Below, piece after piece: positions 13,925-26,931 of a stretch of DNA of 48,138 nt (positions are counted from its first letter, which is position 1; each line of letters begins with the position of its first letter). Under the pieces are notes generated by a model. It made no database searches and was not told the origin of the DNA. It was given only the letters and a program-made list of their open reading frames with translations. The position numbers and the translations under genes are program-made. The DNA is from Octopus bimaculoides (lineage: Eukaryota), in the NCBI RefSeq assembly GCF_001194135.2, contig NC_068992.1, positions 53,721,090 through 53,769,227 of the forward strand, written 5' to 3'.

Positions 13925-14273
13925 AGACATAGTTGAACAAGAACTTGTGTGCCAATTTCTTCAGTAGCAACATCCTACCTGCACTTTTATATGCAAGTGA
14001 AACCTGTGCTGCTATGAAGAAGGAATAACAGTAACTAGCTTCGATACAGAGGTCCGTGGAAAAATCGATGCTACGAATATTATAGTGAGAGAAAAAAGCA
14101 AAACGAGGTAATTCGACAACGAATTGGCGTGAACGATGTGATTGCGGAATAATGAAGGCTGAACTTCCGCTGCGTCGAAAATAATGTAATATTTAGAGAC
14201 AACAGTGGCCTCATGATATTCTTGCATGCCAACCAAATTAACATTCGGAAAACCTCGAAGTGGATGCGATGAC
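13925..14273 (+). mobile_element. RTE-clade LINE, decayed 3' part of the ORF (post-RT domain)
   Basis: Reads NFFSSNILPALLYASETCA.MKKE...QRSVEKSMLRI...NEVIRQRIGVNDVI...RDN...GKPRSGCDD, matching the RTE C-terminal pattern LPAL.YASETW / QR.MER.ML / N..IR.RTGV.D / GRP..RW.DD. Several stops. Confidence 0.8.
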
Positions 14274-14650
14274 ACTCTTTTACTCTTTCATTTGTTTCAG
14301 TCATTTGACTACTGCCCTGCTGGAGCAACACCTTAAAGGGTTTTAGTGGAAGAAATCGTCCCCCAAGATTTATTCTTAGTAAGCCTAGTACTTACTATAC
14401 TGGTCTCTTTTTAACGAACCGCTAAGTTATGGGGACATAAACACGTCAACAGCGGTTGTCAAGCGGTGATGGAGGTACAAACGCAGACACAAAGACGCAC
14501 ACACAGATAATACGACGGGCTTCTTTCAGTTTCCGTCTACCAACTCCACTAGAAAGGCTTTGGTCGGCCCAAGGCTATAGTAGAAGAAACTTGCCCAAGG
14601 GTCTGAACCCGGAACCATGTGGTTGGGTAGGAAGCTTTTTTCCACACAGG
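14274..14650 (-). mobile_element. SINE family B (tRNA-headed, CORE-like; compare octopus OR-type SINEs)
   Basis: Minus strand has B-box GGTTCCGGGTTCAGACC, then CCTTGGGCAAG..TCTTCTACTATAGCC (similar to the MIR/CORE domain), an internal TG-rich stretch and a tail GACTGAAACAAATGAAAGAGTAAAAGAGT. Confidence 0.85.
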
Positions 14651-14654
14651 AATA

Positions 14655-14710
14655 AAAATACGCAATTGTGAGAAGAATCTAGAGGCTGTGTATCCAGCAG
14701 TGTATAAGGT
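14655..14710 (+). mobile_element. Probable continuation (extreme C-terminus) of the same RTE LINE after the SINE insertion
   Basis: NTQL*EES.. / RLCIQQC resembles the RTE terminal DR..W...EA.IQQW. Short and degenerate. Confidence 0.45.
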
Positions 14711-15576
14711 TATTTGGTAGTCTGGTGGTCGATAGAGCAAAAGCCAGAGTTGTCACACAACCTCTCACCTCTTAGACTAGTTTTACCCTACGTTCTCTCT
14801 ATGTCTTTCTCTTACTCATTCTCTCTCTCTCATCATGATTACCGCCAACGTCACAGTCACTGTCTCTGCTATGACAACTGTTAGTTTAACTACGAACGCT
14901 GCTCTGTCCGCTACCGCCAAAACCATATCACAGAACACTTTCTCCAATGCTACATCTGATTTACTTCCCTTAGTGTTATGCACATTTTTACGAAGGTAGA
15001 GTTACGGATATTAATAAATAGATGATATCATATGCAAATAAGAAAATACATGAGTGCTTGCGTGATTTAAATGATTAGCACGGCTCTTCCATACTTATAA
15101 ATATATACGCACATATATATTATGCATACATCATAGACATGTATATGTGTGTGTGTAAATATGTGTGTTAATTGTACGCCAAAGAGAGAAGAGTATACAA
15201 CACATATTTTAGAAGGTAAAGAAGGAATGACATTATCTTCACGACGAAAACTCTTTGAAGTATGTTGAAACTATATAGTATCATTCATCAAAGAGAAATA
15301 TTTGGTGATTCAATTAAATTCATTTTGCAGTGTTTATAGATCGATTATTTTATTATCATTTTTTATTCTTTTTCTACATTTAAATTCGCCATTGTGTTCA
15401 AACACACACACACACACATACACGCGTATATTTATGTGCATATTTTGATATATGATGAATACGTTTGTGGGGTTAGTGTATGTATATGAGCAGACAGATT
15501 AAGTATATGTGAGATACATATACCTTTGTTATCTCAAAATATATTAGCGAAACAGATTATATATATATATGCATAC

Positions 15577-15620
<44 letters not shown>

Positions 15621-15809
15621 TACGTGTACATATATTNNNNNNNNNNNNNNNNNNNNNNNNNNNNNNNNNNNNNNNNNNNNNNNNNNNNNNNNNNNNNNNN
15701 NNNNNNNNNNNNNNNNNNNNNNNNNNNNNNNNNNNNNNNNNNNNNNNNNNNNNNNNNNNNNNNNNNNNNNNNNNNNNNNNNNNNNNNNNNNNNNNNNNNN
15801 NNNNNNNNN

Positions 15810-15840
<31 letters not shown>

Positions 15841-17462
15841 TATTAAATGTAGGTTATTAATCTCTCACTCTCATTATTATTTTCTTTACCCAGTCTCTCT
15901 CTCTCTCACTCTCTCTCTCTTTCTCTCTTTCAGTGTATGTATCTGTCTATACATGAACTACAAACGCACGCACATTCATCTATTTAAAGATGTGTGTGTG
16001 TGTGGTTGCTTATTGTAAGTATGTAGGTGTGCATACGTGTATGTATGTGTATGTATTTCTATGATCGCTATGAAAAACATGGCTCTATGTTCTATTAAGT
16101 TTTTTTTTGTACGTGTGTTTGTGTTTCTAATAATTTTTCTTTGATATTAAACCCTTTTTTATGTGCTTTATAAGTTAATTTCCAGGTCAGAGATTAGGTA
16201 AAAATAAGATCAGCAAATTCGTGAGAGTTTATTCCATAAAAAATCAACTGCTCTCTTCTCTGTTTGTACCTCGGCTGAAAATAATTCTTTTGATAGATTT
16301 TTATATATCGTATTGAAGCTGCATATCTGACAACTGGGGAAAAATATTTGATGAAGGACACCCAAACAAATATATTTTCCACCTCTGTGCATCCCCATCT
16401 CTTATCTAACTAAATAATAAGCTGACATCTACTCCGTAAATATACATACATAGATACGTACATACATACATACACAAAGAGACTGCCATGGAAATGAGAA
16501 GAGTGTTTTAAATACATGGCGTTCATTGAAATGTAATTTTTTCCTCATTCGAGTTTCATGCCGCTGCAATCTTTAGATAGAAATAGTGTGATGCTCATTG
16601 GCGGAGATCATACACATCTCTGTACTCATCTGTATGTCTATCCTTTTCGAGGGCTCATTTCCAATTCGTTTTGTTAGGTCTTCTCATGTGGTTGTCGTCA
16701 GTTGCTATTCAATTTAATTTTCGTTGCTTATTTCACTTTCTATATCTTTTTCGTACTTGTAGCATGTAAATTTTCATTCTCATTCAGTCTTATTTTTTAA
16801 GATGCATTATGAGAATAACATAAGTCTAACTCGGGTGCTTCGATTTGATATCCGTATTTATGTTATTATCTCGAGTTAATACCCGTATCTCATACGGAGT
16901 GGAATGTATGGATTTAAAACAAACATTTCAAGCACAACGCTGCCTACATTGGAGACTCTAGATCCCCAGATGGTTCGCATAATTTTCATTCATTTTATGT
17001 TTCCTGTCTTCTGTACATTTTCAATAGTATTCTACAATTTTTTTTTACTATATTATTTCATGTATTCATAGACGTATTAAGTAGTAATCTTCCCTGATCG
17101 CGACGTATATGAAAATCTAATTAACGTACATGAAGAAATAATTAGGTTATAACCATTCATATTTAGATGTATTTCACCAACAATTTACTAGGATAGGTTT
17201 CCGGTTTTTTCTGGTTTACATGAACATTTTAAAACAGTGTTAAGAGCTCATATAACTTCTGTATAATTTATAGTTACTTTATCAAATATATTAATAAGCA
17301 TACTAATGATTTTATTAGATTTATCGAGTATATCTAATAACGTTCTTAAAACATTTCGATATGAAACGAGGGATTATTCAGATCGTTGAACTTTTGAGTT
17401 TCTTGGAGAGGCATGATATATCAGCACTATTATTGCGGAGTCTTGATCACATGGTAGAATTT

Positions 17463-17677
17463 AATATTGGTTTCAAATTATGGCATATGGCCAGCAAGGG
17501 CAAGGTTAAGTCGATTACATTGAACCCAGTACTCAAATGATGCTTATTTTAATCGACCCCGAAATCATGAATATCAATGTTGACCTCGGCAGCATTTGAA
17601 CTCAGAAAGGAAAGATGTACAAAATTCCGCTACGCATTTTACTCGGAGGACACGGATTCTGTCAGCTTGCCATCTTA
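17463..17677 (-). mobile_element. SINE family A copy (minus strand)
   Basis: Reverse complement has TTCTGAGTTCAAATGCTGCCGAGGTCAAC...GGGGTCGATTAAAATAAG and tail GCTGGCCATATGCCATAATTTGAAACCAATATT. Confidence 0.75.
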
Positions 17678-18038
17678 GCCAGAAATTGATACTACTATTT
17701 TAGAGGCCATTTTCACCAGCTGTTCCATAGGATTAAAATCTCGTTGAACTCGTGTAGAATTAACTGCTACGGTTCACTTGAAATACTTCTTAATATTTCA
17801 GATGTTTCGTAATGCAATCTCATACTTTCTTATTCCATTTGTCTACATGGAGTCACCGTGGCCTACACGTCGACCAATCACACGAAAAGAAGACATTTTT
17901 TCTATTAAAATTGCATGTCTCGTGGGAAATTAGTAATCACCCCACTTTACTAAAACTCATTAAATATAATCTAATTGGCTTTCAATTTGCAGTTCATAAA
18001 AAAAATTATCGCTGTTTCTAATAGACATTTTCATCCGA

Positions 18039-18106
<68 letters not shown>

Positions 18107-19869
18107 CACACGCACACGACGGATTTTATTCTCACTTTCCATCTTCGCTTGCACATTTTCACTTCGCTTTTTCTCACTGCTTCTCACGCATTCCATATCT
18201 TTCCCTCTTCCTCTCTCTCTCTACCCCCTCTTCGTTTATCTTTTCTACTATCTCTCCATGAGTGTGGTTTCTTTTGAAGATTTACATTTTTCATCTGATG
18301 CTCTTCGCAATCTCAATTGTTCAGGCCTTTATCTATCCCTCTATCTACCGTTAGATCAACTACAGAAGTATCTCCATGAAAAATCAATATTATTTTTCTT
18401 TTCTTTCATATGGTCGCTGAGAAGAAATAATATATCTTACCATTTTTCTCTCTTTTTTTTCTGTGTTAGGTTTCAATGGTTTTATATTTATTTTTGAATA
18501 TATTAAGATATTTCCAGCTTCGACAGATTTCTTTTTTCTTCATAAATATATTAACTTGACTTCAGCATAGAAATCAATTATCAACTATCAACTCTTCTAT
18601 GTTTCATATTCTTACAGTTAAAATCCACCCAACGTGTAGAATAGTACAATATGTTACCTACAATTTTTAAATCAACTAGTCTTAGCCTTTCAGTTAAAAC
18701 TTATGAAAATTCATAAACTGAATAATTAATTCTAGAAAACTTTGTATGAACTTCATTCCTGTCAAAATATTTTATTTCTTCAAACTTAGTTTATGACATT
18801 TTGATTTATTGTTAGTAAACTGAAGTGATTTTGTAATAAGATAAGAATATTTTTATTGAGCATACAATGCATACTAATACAAATGGATATTTTAGCTGAT
18901 TTGAACTCAGAAATATTGACTCGACACGAGTTAATGAATTTTATGGTGTGAGGGCTCGTTCTCATTGTCATTCGAAATAATTTGGCTTGACCGAATTAGT
19001 GTATAAGTGACGTTGAACTTAGAGATGGTATTCATTCGACAGTTTGCATGATGTTCTGAGCTTCCTATCATTTATTTACTACATCAGCTTTTCAAATATT
19101 AACATGAAATTTTGGTAAACTTCCAAACGTTCTGTATTGATATTGATATAGAAACAACTGCATGTTTCTCATTTCACCATCAATATAACATTTACACACA
19201 GTAAGATTACTATTAAATAGCCAGGAAAGTCCCTTTAATAGTAAGAAGTGATTGGGTGATTGTTAGCAGTGTTTTTGTTTTTAGTTTTGCTCTTGTCTTT
19301 GCTATTATTATTATTTAGCCCAGGGCCAAGTACAAGCGAGAGAAGTCGTTATGAACCTAAACTGTTCTGTTATCATTTTGATCCAAATGGAAGCATAATG
19401 TTACGTGTGTGTGCCTGTCTGTCTGTGTGTGCATGTTAATGAATGCATTTGTATGTACGTTTTTCTATTTGTATGAGTGTACTTGTGTGCGCGCATACGT
19501 ATGTGTGTACGGGTGTATGTACACATATATATGCTTATACTAATATGTATATATGTGTAGTGTGTTGTAATACGTGTGAACGCGCGCGTGTGTGGGTGTC
19601 TGCGTGTTTCTGACTCCATTAAAAAAACTACCATTTTAAAGCGTTGGATTTGCGAAATTATCATAGCAACTTGTGAGATTCCGCACATTATTTATTCCAG
19701 CTCCGAGAATTAAAGTTCAAATCTTTTCTCAAAAAGCAATGACTTACTGGCCAGGATTTGCAATCGAGATGGTGTATAAGCAGTTTGAAAAATTAATAGA
19801 AACATTTTTTTTTGGGGGGGGGTCTATCAAAACATCAAATGACAATCCCACAATTTATAGTATAGTAGA

Positions 19870-20042
19870 GATAGATAGATAGATAGGTAGATAGTTAGGT
19901 AGGTGGGTTGGTAGGTGGGTAGGTAGGTAGGTAGGTAGAAGGATCGATAGAAGGATCGATAGACAAACAGATAGATACATACATAGCGGCAGGCAGATAG
20001 ACAGACAGACAGACAGATAGATAGATAGATAAATAGATAGAT
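19870..20042. repeat. (GATA)/(GGTA)/(GACA) compound tetranucleotide array
   Basis: Directly visible. Confidence 0.9.
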
Positions 20043-20782
20043 CTTGATATATGCCTCATTACATTATCCAATATACCTTTCCTTGCGTAAGATGTTGAAG
20101 TGGGGTTTGAAAGAGTAAGTGCTATTCTTTACAAGTCTTACTAGTAACAACAGCAAAAAAAGCAATAATAATAATGGTGCATTATTTTCCCTCTGTTTCG
20201 TGCTATCATAAGTAATGATGCTGAGAGTAAGGATGTATATTTGGATGTGATGATGAAGATGACGATGACGACGACGACAAAGATTTTTGACATATTGACA
20301 CCAAAAGTTCAAAGATTCTAGACAGAGGCTTTAATCGATACAAGGGACATTGTACAGAAATTTTACTGAATTTATTGATCACTGAATAATGAAAACATAT
20401 CTGGCGCCGGAGAGTGTCTTAAATCAGATCATAAAGAAACTTAGCCTTGAAACTCTTCTTTTCCTACCCCTTTATCATTTTAACGATAATAAAAATGATC
20501 GATACCATAGTCACACCAGCACGAACTCGGGTGGAGAATTGGTACTTGAGTGTATATCGATTCAGTTCTTGATTGGCCCTTATCGTCTCATCTGAAAGAG
20601 GTAAGTCAAATTCAATGCGTTTCAGTTTTTCCCACGGCATTTTCTACAATGTTAAGGAATTCTGCTGGATTTGAACTCGGAAACTTAAACAAACTGAATA
20701 AACAAAGAAATTTGAGTTCACGGTTGTTCTGATTCCATCTGTCCGTTACAGTGAAGAAACTGTTCTTTTTTTTTTCATCTAG

Positions 20783-20900
20783 TATGGTTTAAACAATGCC
20801 ATGGCCATAACCACCAACATCACAACGGCCAGACAACAAGATGCCATTTGGGGAAAATACACTCTGCTTCCCGTTTTCGAATCAAGTTACTATCATGTGG
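20783..20900 (+). CDS. Candidate 118-nt coding exon (YGLNNAMAITTNITTARQQDAIWGKYTLLPVFESSYYHV), unknown gene
   Basis: Very strong acceptor TGTTCTTTTTTTTTTCATCTAG|, donor GG|GTAAAC, open in phase 0 (phase 1 is also open), GC higher than flanks. Confidence 0.35.
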
Positions 20901-20983
20901 GTAAACTTCCTTTCTTAATGTAACGGTAGTCTCGGAGTCTCTGCTAAAGATCATCGGCGTTCCTGGTTTTCGTCTTCTGACAA

Positions 20984-20984
<1 letters not shown>

Positions 20985-21036
<52 letters not shown>

Positions 21037-21228
21037 TGATGATGATGATGATGATATGGTGGTGGTGGAGGTGAAAGAAGAAGAAGAAGAAGAAAGAGGA
21101 GATTAAGATGAAGAAAAGAAAAGAGAAAGCATAGAGCGAAAAAAACATGCAGTAATAAGAGAATGAGGAAAGAGAAAACTATCATGAAGAAAGAGGAAAG
21201 AAGGAAAAATAGAAGAAGAAGAAGAAGA

Positions 21229-21275
<47 letters not shown>

Positions 21276-21634
21276 GAAGAAATTGGAGAATGACGAAATG
21301 GCTGGAGAAAAAGAAGAAAAGAGAAAGGAATGAAGGTGGCTGTTGGGGAAGGTGTAGAATAATAAGATAAACGAAGAGGGAGGGGATGAGTAAGAAGCAT
21401 AAGAAAGAACAAAAAGAAAATGAAGTCGAACCGTCCAAAAAGAAAACATGAACAAGTAACATAACAACAACAACACTACCAACAACAGCAACAACAACAA
21501 GGTTAGATAGAATGAAACTGAAGGAACATCTGCAAAGAGGAAAAACCTAAAAACAAAAACAAAGATCTCTCCAAAAGCCAAATAAACAGCAAATAATAAT
21601 AATAATGATCATCATCATCATCATCATAATAATA

Positions 21635-21697
<63 letters not shown>

Positions 21698-21725
21698 GTA
21701 AGGAAGAACAAGAACAAGAAGAAGT
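20985..21725. repeat. Compound (AAT)(GAT)(GGT)(GAA)(GA)(CAA)(CAT)(AAT) simple-repeat region
   Basis: Directly visible; source of the homopolymer ORFs in the track. Confidence 0.92.
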
Positions 21726-22004
21726 AAACGTGTAGTGAATATCAATCAAAATAAAATGGTAAAGAAAAATATCAAAAAGTCTGGAGACGTTTTGATCTTT
21801 GTTGCAATTCCGTTGTCAGCTCATGAAATGGTATCATAAATGTGTTCATTCTTGCGAAACACACTTTACTGCGATGGCTTCTGTTCTTATATTGGTGAAA
21901 TTTCTCTAAACATGTATTGCATATTGGGATAGAAAATGGACTCACATACACACATATATATATACACACAAACATGCACACACACACGCACACACACACA
22001 CACG

Positions 22005-22042
<38 letters not shown>

Positions 22043-22295
22043 CACATATGTACTNNNNNNNNNNNNNNNNNNNNNNNNNNNNNNNNNNNNNNNNNNNNNN
22101 NNNNNNNNNNNNNNNNNNNNNNNNNNNNNNNNNNNNNNNNNNNNNNNNNNNNNNNNNNNNNNNNNNNNNNNNNNNNNNNNNNNNNNNNNNNNNNNNNNNN
22201 NNNNNNNNNNNNNNNNNNNNNNNNNNNNNNNNNNNNNNNNNNNNNNNNNNNNNNNNNAATATACAAAAAATAACAACAGACGAGGACATATCTAA

Positions 22296-22330
<35 letters not shown>

Positions 22331-22429
22331 CGTATGTACATATATATGTATGTATGTATGTAAGTATGTGTAAATATAGAGTGTATGTATAAATATACAT
22401 ACACTGTATATTTCTTTATGCGCAGAGAA

Positions 22430-22542
22430 AGCGAGAAAGTGAGAGAGAGAGAGAGAGAGAGTGAGTGAGAGAGAAAGAGAGAGAAAGCAAGAAAGCGAGA
22501 GGGAGAGATTGAGTGAGAGAGAAAGAGAAGGAAAGAAAGAGA

Positions 22543-22600
<58 letters not shown>
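22430..22600. repeat. (GA)n-rich array
   Basis: Directly visible. Confidence 0.92.
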
Positions 22601-22602
<2 letters not shown>

Positions 22603-23114
22603 TAGAAATCAGGTGAGAGAAAATACAGAAAAAGAATTTCAACGATTCAACGTATATAAAAGCACAGCAGAGTAGATAACGTCGTATGCAATGTGTCTCG
22701 TCTTGTTGATTTCACGATCGTGTATACATGTACTTTTATATATGAGAATCTATGTGTATGGTTATTGTTGATCAGTGCGTTCATTGGATGGGTATCTATG
22801 TATATGTTTGTACGTGAATGCATGTGCTTTTCTGGGGGTTTTTTTTGGGGGGGGTGTCGTGTTTATATTTGTTCGTGTATCATTGCATTCATACATAGAT
22901 AGATATACATGTACTTATATCTGTATACGTACATACATGCAACCTCACATATGAACCTTACAGGGCTTGTTTTAAGTGTCTAATCGTCACATATTTTCCC
23001 TCTGCAAACAATTAAATCTTCTTAGGGACAAGGAATTATATCTACAAATACTGACTTTCTCCCGCCCTGTCTCTCTCCTATCAATCTATCTATCTACTCT
23101 CCATCTTGTATTTC

Positions 23115-24194
23115 GTATCTTTTGTGTAGCAGTCACAGTTTTCAGTTCATATAATTCTGTTCCAGTTGTTTCCAACTTTAGTGTACTAATGTAGTTTTGT
23201 ATGCTAAGTATAGAAATGAACTTCATTTTTGCAAAAAAACACCATTTTAAATTGTGTGTTTTCCTGGACCTTTTCACACTAAATAGAAGTATAACCACCG
23301 CCAACTCTGTTAAACTTTTGAAAATGATGGAGAAATCGAAAACCGAGGAGGACATGGTTTCTTACTTGCAAAAGAAGGCTGTTATTTCTGAAAGAAAATT
23401 ATATACTTATATAGTAAAAGTCACTATATGAACAAGAGGTTTCGCTGGAAAATATACTGCCTGTGCTCCCAAGAATGATGCAACAAGTGTACCTGTCAGA
23501 AAAGATACTGTTTCTTTTGCTTTACTCAGGGTCTGACTTCAGTCCGGTTTTGTGCTAAAGAAATAGAGATGAGTCATTGTACAGCTATGCCCGTGATATA
23601 ATGACCGTAAAAAGTACATAGGTCTGTGTAGAATGAGTGAATAAACGATGCTTCGTTGCGAGACCCACCGTTCTATGGTTTCTCATATTCCTAGGAGTTT
23701 ATGAGGCGTAGGCGATACAAAAATTTCAATGTTTAAGGAGAAACTCCTAGAGTGAATCTCAAACTTTCTATTGTCAATTTTTGCTACAAATTCATTTTTT
23801 TACATAAACTGAACTAGAGTTTGTAATTTTGCAATTTTTCGCTAAAAAAATAAAATTCATTGAAGTTGTTTCCTTTTTATATCACTAACATACCTTTTCC
23901 AACATTTCATAAGAGTTTATTCATTAAAACTTATTAAGACTTCAAAACTTTTTACAAGTTTCTTATTGTAATGTTATTGTAACGTTGCATAAAATATAAG
24001 CTTCCTAACCCTATTTCGTTATTGGGTTTAAAGGATCAACCTTTAAACCTCTATAATATTTTCTTAAAATTTTTTCTCGAAGAAATGAATACCAAAATCA
24101 GCTTCAGCGTGAAAAATTACATCTGTATACCAAATTTGAAAATTTTCAGTTGATTCTGAAATTTCAAAAACTGTGACAGCAACAGAAAACATCC
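23115..24194 (+). mobile_element. Internally deleted Merlin (IS1016/ISXO2-like) DNA transposon, 1080 bp
   Basis: 28-bp TIRs: left GTATCTTTTGTGTAGCAGTCACAGTTTT vs reverse complement of right GGATGTTTTCTGTTGCTGTCACAGTTTT (23/28). Decayed Merlin-like coding inside. No clean TSD recognisable. Confidence 0.7.
23290..23775 (+). pseudogene. Merlin-type transposase remnant (N-terminal Zn-ribbon region plus C-terminus; DDE core deleted)
   Basis: Segments EEDMVSYLQKKAVISERK, NKRFRWK..C, VRKDT, FCFTQGLTSVRFCAKEIEMSHCTA, then SY.*EFMRRRRYKNFNV / FKEKLLE*ISNF resemble, from recall, Merlin motifs (FLQ..G, RWRC, S.RK.TWF, W..ELTS..FC..EL.MS..T, SYL.EFMWRRR). Multiple stops and frameshifts. Confidence 0.68.
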
Positions 24195-24840
24195 TATCTT
24201 CCCACACTCACATGACAGATATGCAGTCATATAAACTCCACTACTTTATATAATCAAATGTATGCTTGTTGTCTCATCTAATTGCTTTTGGTTTCCTGAG
24301 ACTGTAGCCCGAGAATTGCTATCTTCTCCATCTATTATTACTTAATGAAATTCCACCCAAAACCTTGACGTACAGCTCCGGTCGCTGACAGGTCATGTAA
24401 ATATTAGGGTCGAGGATTTTGATATAAATGCATGTGCATTTGTCATTCCTAGCATTTCCTTCCGTATTACTGAAATTTCTCTACCATAACTGTAATCCTT
24501 CTCCAGTAATGTAAACGTCAAAGTCAATAGGAGATACTAATGTACTCCATTTCAGCACGGGTTAATTTTAATCTTCTTTAACATGGCTTCCTAAGACAGA
24601 CCCGACCAGAGGCTAAACAGCAATAAAACGGTAACAATTACCATCTATCAAAGAGGTTCAACTTCAAGGCTTGATCTTCTAGAACAGCATAGAAATTCAG
24701 CTTCAACAAAAAAGAAAGATAAAAGACACCAACCACTTAAAAATACGCCTTCTCAGTGCATTTGGAATGCAAACAATGAAACAAGCCTGTTGCACGTGTA
24801 TATCTACGTTCATGAGTGTGTATGTGTATCTTTGTAAGAA

Positions 24841-25226
24841 GAGGCGCAATGGCTCAGTTGTTAGGGCAGCGGACTCGCGGTTATAGGATCACGGTTTTGA
24901 TTCCCAGACCGGGCGTTGTGAGTGTTTATTGAGCGAAAACACCTAAAGTTCCACGAGGCTCTGGCAGGGGATGGTGGCGAACCCTGCTGTACTCTTTCAC
25001 CACAATTTTCTCTCACTCTTACTTCTTGTTTCTGCTGTGCCTGTAATTCAAAGGGTCAGCCTTGTCACACTGTGTCACGCTGAATATCCCCGAGAATTAC
25101 GCTAAGGGTACACATGTCTGTGGAGTGCTCAGCCACTTGCACGTTAATTTCACGAGCAGGCTGTTCCGTTGATATGATCAACTGGGACCCGCCACGTCGT
25201 AAGCGACGGAGTACCAACAACAACAA
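24841..25226 (+). mobile_element. SINE family C, full-length (tRNA head, 3' hairpin, (CAA)n tail)
   Basis: A-box-like TGGCTCAGTTG and B-box-like GGTTTTGATTCC. 3' hairpin GTTCC-GTTGAT-ATG-ATCAAC-T-GGGAC, tail CAACAACAACAA. Possible degenerate TSD TGTGTATCTTTGTA (24823-36) / TGTGTGTCTTTGCA (25227-40). Second copy at 10167-10597. Confidence 0.88.
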
Positions 25227-26877
25227 TGTGTGTCTTTGCATCCACGTGTGTGTTTCGGTTTGTCCAAGAATGGGCGGGATTTGAACTCTGATCGTATAGA
25301 GCGGAGGGAATTGCCTGTCGTTAAGCATTTTATCTGATGATATTTATGATGGTGATGATGATGATGATGAAAACGTAAATATGGTCATCAAGTTTGTCAT
25401 CACCATCCTTGTTGCCCTCATCTTTACAACCGTTATGATCGTTATTTCATACAGAACAACGATCAACTTGATGATTTTCAGATGCTAAGGATATAGTCGG
25501 CATGCATTATATCATCATACCTAAACCCATCCCTTCCTCCTCCCCCTCGCCCTCCTAAGCGTCATCTCATCTACTACTCAACCACACCCTCATACCCCTC
25601 CTACTCTTCATGAATATACCACTATCGGTGGTGTCGGAGACGGCCGGCTGCGTCATTATCATCATCGCTATCATCAACAAAATCTTACAAGGCAACCACT
25701 ATTGATGTGCACGTACTTCAGACAGTATACGTACTTGTATATTCGTAGATGCGAGTATACATAATTACATACATACACGCATGCACGCACACACATACAT
25801 ACATACATACGCACACACACCCCCACCCCCACATATATATATATATATATATATANNNNNNNNNNNNNNNNNNNNNNNNNNNNNNNNNNNNNNNNNNNNN
25901 NNNNNNNNNNNNNNNNNNNNNNNNNNNNNNNNNNNNNNNNNNNNNNNNNNNNNNNNNNNNNNNNNNNNNNNNNNNNNNNNNNNNNNNNNNNNNNNNNNNN
26001 NNNNNNNNNNNNNNNNNNNNNNNNNNNNNNNNNNNNNNNNNNNNNNNNNNNNNNNNNNNNNNNNNNNNNNNNNNNNNNNNNNNNNNNNNNNNNNNNNNNN
26101 NNNNNNNNNNNNNNNNNNNNNNNNNNNNNNNNNNNNNNNNNNNNNNNNNNNNNNNNNNNNNNNNNNNNNNNNNNNNNNNNNNNNNNNNNNNNNNNNNNNN
26201 NNNNNNNNNNNNNNNNNNNNNNNNNNNNNNNNNNNNNNNNNNNNNNNNNNNNNNNNNNNNNNNNNNNNNNNNNNNNNNNNNNNNNNNNNNNNNNNNNNNN
26301 NNNNNNNNNNNNNNNNNNNNNNNNNNNNNNNNNNNNNNNNNNNNNNNNNNNNNNNNNNNNNNNNNNNNNNNNNNNNNNNNNNNNNNNNNNNNNNNNNNNN
26401 NNNNNNNNNNNNNNNNNNNNNNNNNNNNNNNNNNNNNNNNNNNNNNNNNNNNNNNNNNNNNNNNNNNNNNNNNNNNNNNNNNNNNNNNNNNNNNNNNNNN
26501 NNNNNNNNNNNNNNNNNNNNNNNNNNNNNNNNNNNNNNNNNNNNNNNNNNNNNNNNNNNNNNNNNNNNNNNTATATATATGTTTCTGCACATACACATCT
26601 GTATGTATATATGTATATGTATATATATATATAACCTCTATATACCTATATATAACTATTTACATACAAGCACACGCTTGTATCCATATATATATGCATG
26701 TGTGTGTATGTATGTATGTATGCGTGTGCGCGCATGTTTGTTTGTGTGCATACCTATAGTGTATGTTTAAGTATGTATATATATATATGTGTACATTTAT
26801 GTATATCTTTATGTCTGCATGCATGTATGTTTTTATATGGATATGTATATACACATACATATTCAAAATCATAGTTA

Positions 26878-26931
<54 letters not shown>

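Noticed and set aside
20560-20606. Perfect plus-strand donor GAG|GTAAGT
   Set aside because: Falls within a decayed antisense SINE A remnant, with no matching acceptor and open frame.
20820-21745. 253-aa and neighbouring ORFs with poly-L, poly-Y, poly-H and poly-I
   Set aside because: Compound trinucleotide microsatellites, not protein-like.
24004-24016. piggyBac-like AACCCT end near the DNA-transposon remnant
   Set aside because: No TTAA target and no matching opposite end; the region is better explained by the Merlin TIR pair.
24841-24915. tRNA-like sequence with A and B boxes
   Set aside because: It is the head of a 386-bp SINE present twice; no full cloverleaf with a paired acceptor stem. 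The same applies to family A and B heads.
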